DNA of 64,000 nucleotides from an uncultured virus (IMG/VR IMGVR_UViG_3300033121_002345). Taxonomy: Duplodnaviria > Heunggongvirae > Uroviricota > Caudoviricetes. Under the pieces are notes generated by a model. The model worked only from the letters and a program-made list of their open reading frames with translations, had not been told where the DNA came from and made no database searches. Below, in pieces: positions 61,114 through 64,000 of this stretch. The DNA is taken from the IMG/VR virus record IMGVR_UViG_3300033121_002345; one strand, written 5' to 3'. Position 1 is the first letter of the stretch. The number at the start of each line of letters is the position of its first letter. The translations under genes were made by a program, and so were the position numbers.

Positions 61114-62685
61114 TTAGCTGCCGTCGAACACCTGGTCCGCGTCGTCGAACACGTCGATGACGGGGGCGCCGTCCACGACACCTTCCGGTCCGGTTCCTCC
61201 GGACACTACATAATACCCAGCCGTTACGGTATACGTAATCGGAAGTTCCATTTCCCAATAGCTGGCGACGGCCAAAGTTGCCTGGGGTCGGTCGAAACAG
61301 CATTCCAGATCTGCGAAAAGCGATATATCGGGGACTGTCGAATCCAAGCAATGGCCGCCGTCGAAGCGGTCCACCAGAGGAAGCCCGTACCAGCCATCCG
61401 TAAGTGGGTCTGCTTCCTCCGCAGAGTCGAGAGGGATGCCACTGTCGAAGGGGATAGAGCCCTCGTAGCGAAGGCTGATGGGACGTCCCGGGTCACCTGC
61501 AGGGAAGACGATCCGACGAGTACCTGGAATTCGGAAGGCCGCGATGATGGTAGGACCCAACGGGTCCACAGTCGTGGCGGACACCACGCGCTCGACGGGG
61601 CCGGGAAGGTCGAAGTAGGCCGAACCTACGAGACCCGTCTCCGAACCTGTGGTGTCGATGAGAAGGGCACCGAACGGGATCACCGTCGAGAGCGGAAGCA
61701 TGCTGTCGAGGCGAAGACGACCAAGGGCCAGCTCGACGACGACATCGAAGGGATACCGCCAAACACAGAAGGCAATCTCCGACTCTACCGTCAGGTGCAC
61801 GGAAACTACGATCGGGAGGCAGTCCTGGGTCAGCAAAGAGACGATGCTGCAGGAGCCCGTCTCGAAGTCGAACGTATGCGACTCCGGCCGGCCCATGAAG
61901 TTCAAGGCCACAACTTCATCGCTGACCGATGTCAGTTCGGCGATGGAAGGCTCCAGATTGTCCATCAACTTGACGAAGGCCGCCCAGCTTCCGACACAGA
62001 TGTTCGGAATCCATACATGGAAAGCAAAGCCACCTTCGTCGTGGGCAGTGGAGTAAACCGTCCTGGAATCAGGCTCGAAGAATTCGAGATCGACCGTGGT
62101 GGGTCGAACTACAGGTGTGGTGTTCGAGGCCGCAGTAACGATATCATCTACGCCACGTGTAGAACCCGTTTCGTTGATAAGAGAACGAACGGCCAGCTTG
62201 CCTGCCAGCACTCGCATGGCGCGAGTTGGGGGAAGCATCTCCTGGAAAGCAATCTGGTGTTCTGTCGCCCGAAGAGAAAGCTCGCTGGTGAGCTGATTCT
62301 TAGCATCCTGAAACTTCGTGTCGACGTTGTAGAACAACTCTTCCGCGTATCCCCGAAGAAGGGTCGCGTAGTTCGTGGCGACAACTAGGAGCAAGAAGGT
62401 TTCGCCGTTGGTGCGAACCTGGATGAAGTTCTTGCCAGGAAACAACGACAGGTTCACCTGAACCGAAGGTTCGGTGAGAACGACGGTACGGACCAAGCCG
62501 TTGTTGATGAGGATCTCGACCGTATCCCCAGGGTCACCCTCCAGCAGGAAAGGCGTGTCCTCCGAAGATGACAGAGGAAGGATTACGGGCCCTTTATGCC
62601 ACTGATTTCCCGCAGGGATGCTATCGAGGAGTTCTTGGTATAGATCCTCGTACGGTTGGGTGTTCGGAAGGATCCGAAGAACCAT
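61114..62685 (-). CDS. putative baseplate wedge protein
   Basis: 523 aa, acidic; central helical block followed by 'GSTRGV..IV.A' as in wedge/gpI-like proteins; near a baseplate J-like gene. Confidence 0.5.
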   Translation of the reverse strand: MVLRILPNTQPYEDLYQELLDSIPAGNQWHKGPVILPLSSSEDTPFLLEGDPGDTVEILINNGLVRTVVLTEPSVQVNLSLFPGKNFIQVRTNGETFLLLVVATNYATLLRGYAEELFYNVDTKFQDAKNQLTSELSLRATEHQIAFQEMLPPTRAMRVLAGKLAVRSLINETGSTRGVDDIVTAASNTTPVVRPTTVDLEFFEPDSRTVYSTAHDEGGFAFHVWIPNICVGSWAAFVKLMDNLEPSIAELTSVSDEVVALNFMGRPESHTFDFETGSCSIVSLLTQDCLPIVVSVHLTVESEIAFCVWRYPFDVVVELALGRLRLDSMLPLSTVIPFGALLIDTTGSETGLVGSAYFDLPGPVERVVSATTVDPLGPTIIAAFRIPGTRRIVFPAGDPGRPISLRYEGSIPFDSGIPLDSAEEADPLTDGWYGLPLVDRFDGGHCLDSTVPDISLFADLECCFDRPQATLAVASYWEMELPITYTVTAGYYVVSGGTGPEGVVDGAPVIDVFDDADQVFDGS

Positions 62686-62690
62686 CTAGC

Positions 62691-63266
62691 TCACACTCCT
62701 CGCGGACCAAAAACCAATGCAGGTGGCATCGGGAATGGCATGGCCGGAGGAGCAGGACTTGGCATAGACTGCGGGGAGAGGCCGGGACCCGCCATCTGCT
62801 GACTCCTACGCTCCAAGAAGTACACCAAGGTCTCCAACTCGCTAGCAGTGCTGGCAAGCAGGTCGTCAAGGCCGTACGTCAGGTAGCCTTCCGCTTTGAT
62901 AGCCGAAGACAGACCGCGAAGCTTTCGAGTGAGAGACAGAAGGTTCTCGTAGAAGAACGTGGCAGCCAGGTTTGCGTCAAGCAGGGAGCGCTCCAATTCG
63001 GGAGCGACTTTCGTCATACGACGGTAGACGTACCTAGCCTGCTCCAGAGGATTGACGTATCGCGTGTCCTCAAACTCCGAAAAGGCAGTGAGGCGCTCAG
63101 CCAATGGATCCAGAAGGTCGTCTAGCTTTTCGTAGATACGACCAAAGAGTTGGTGATCGCTGTAGCTAGTCGGTCCGAACACACGCCAGTGTGCAGCCTG
63201 AGAGGCCATCGACAGGAAACGAAGTTCCCATACGAGGTTTGAAAGTTTCTGAAGATTGTGAGCCAT
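62691..63266 (-). CDS. Dps/ferritin-like protein with Pro-rich tail
   Basis: 'HWRVFG..Y..HQLF..IYE.L...LD.LAER' matches the Dps-type ferroxidase signature. Confidence 0.75.
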   Translation of the reverse strand: MAHNLQKLSNLVWELRFLSMASQAAHWRVFGPTSYSDHQLFGRIYEKLDDLLDPLAERLTAFSEFEDTRYVNPLEQARYVYRRMTKVAPELERSLLDANLAATFFYENLLSLTRKLRGLSSAIKAEGYLTYGLDDLLASTASELETLVYFLERRSQQMAGPGLSPQSMPSPAPPAMPFPMPPALVFGPRGV

Positions 63267-63270
63267 CTTG

Positions 63271-63561
63271 TTACCTCGGAACCGATCGCGGGGGGATGAC
63301 GTTCTTCAACGATCGGGACTTAGAATCGTTGACTGTTCCAGTTCCCTTAGCGAGGTCTGGAACGTCCTTCACATAACGACCTGGACCCCTTCCTGAATCA
63401 CCGCCAGGAAGGTCGTCCATTGGACCTGACCAACGATCTTCTTCAGGAAGAGCCCCCTCAGGGCTGTGAGGCAAGGAATCCAGCCCAGGACCCGGGAAGG
63501 TCTTTTCCTTCTCAGTACTGATGCGGTCAGCCTTATTGAAATCAAGAAAACGGTGTGTCAT
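63271..63561 (-). CDS. hypothetical low-complexity protein
   Basis: 96 aa, GAGGAG RBS, ATGA overlap. Confidence 0.55.
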   Translation of the reverse strand: MTHRFLDFNKADRISTEKEKTFPGPGLDSLPHSPEGALPEEDRWSGPMDDLPGGDSGRGPGRYVKDVPDLAKGTGTVNDSKSRSLKNVIPPRSVPR

Positions 63562-64000
63562 CTCCTCACCTCAATCGTGATGAGAGCATCGCTCGTTTCA
63601 GGGAATTCATATGGCCGGAATTCGATGGTCTCAACTGGGATTGTCCCCGTGAGATCCCTAGTGAACTCCAGGACCGTGATGTTCGAAACGCCCGCAACGT
63701 CCGAAGAAAGCTGCGAGCGGAGGTCGTTTGCGAAGAGGATCGAAACGAATTCGTTTCGGTTACAGAAGTCAGAAACCGAGGCGAAGGCAGCGCCGGCAGC
63801 TTCGGTTTCATCGAAAGAGCTGAGAACTTGGACGAGAACCTTGACTCGAATCGGGACCGGAATGCCTTTTCGAACGAGGGTGTCAGCTCGGTAGAGCTGG
63901 ACTCCGATACGGTCCGTGTAGGCCTGAGTATCTCGGATCAGCTTGTCGTAGGTGTACGTAATCGTTACGGTTTCGTTCAATCCAGGGATGATATCCAGCT
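63558..64000 (-). CDS. baseplate J-like protein, C-terminal part (starts beyond the window)
   Basis: frame is open to the window edge; 'SDVAGVSNI...I..RPYEFP' resembles the gpJ C-terminus. Confidence 0.55.
   Translation of the reverse strand, partial: LDIIPGLNETVTITYTYDKLIRDTQAYTDRIGVQLYRADTLVRKGIPVPIRVKVLVQVLSSFDETEAAGAAFASVSDFCNRNEFVSILFANDLRSQLSSDVAGVSNITVLEFTRDLTGTIPVETIEFRPYEFPETSDALITIEVRR

Noticed and set aside
1..64000. CRISPR array, DGR template/variable repeats or invertible fibre cassette
   Set aside because: By eye I saw no regularly spaced direct repeats, no near-identical ~100-bp repeat pair, and no reverse transcriptase or invertase; intergenic gaps are short. A self dot-plot would be the decisive check.
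1..64000. Stop-codon reassignment (alternative genetic code)
   Set aside because: Standard code 11 gives full-length, densely packed genes ending in TAA, TAG and TGA, and none of the three tRNAs is a suppressor.

Overview
This 64-kb window is a segment of a large (probably jumbo) contractile-tailed dsDNA phage genome with fairly high GC. Almost every gene is on the minus strand and the genes are tightly packed. From left to right it carries: (1) tail tube and a very long tail sheath, interleaved with small charged proteins that share a K/R-x-A motif and an L-x-x-(L/I/V)-A...G helix; (2) an orphan DNA methyltransferase, a signal-peptide lytic-transglycosylase-like protein and a dNMP kinase; (3) a bacterial-type type IIA topoisomerase whose GyrA/ParC-like and GyrB/ParE-like genes are split by a ~3.6-kb accessory island. 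The island holds an HNH endonuclease (the only convincing + strand gene), tRNA-Arg(UCU), tRNA-Thr(CGU), tRNA-Thr(UGU), a BtpA/SgcQ-like TIM barrel, a dephospho-CoA kinase inserted in-frame inside a small Cys-rich zinc-binding protein, and an M10 metalloprotease; (4) an SGNH hydrolase, a family-A DNA polymerase with an N-terminal family-4 uracil-DNA-glycosylase domain (SPO1-like architecture) and a 1396-aa SNF2-type ATPase; (5) about 33 kb of baseplate/tail-fibre-like genes with clear paralog duplications, holin/spanin-like membrane proteins, a SWIM zinc-finger protein and a Dps/ferritin-like protein. I saw no CRISPR array, rRNA, integrase or transposase. All calls come from motif recognition by eye; no database search was run.
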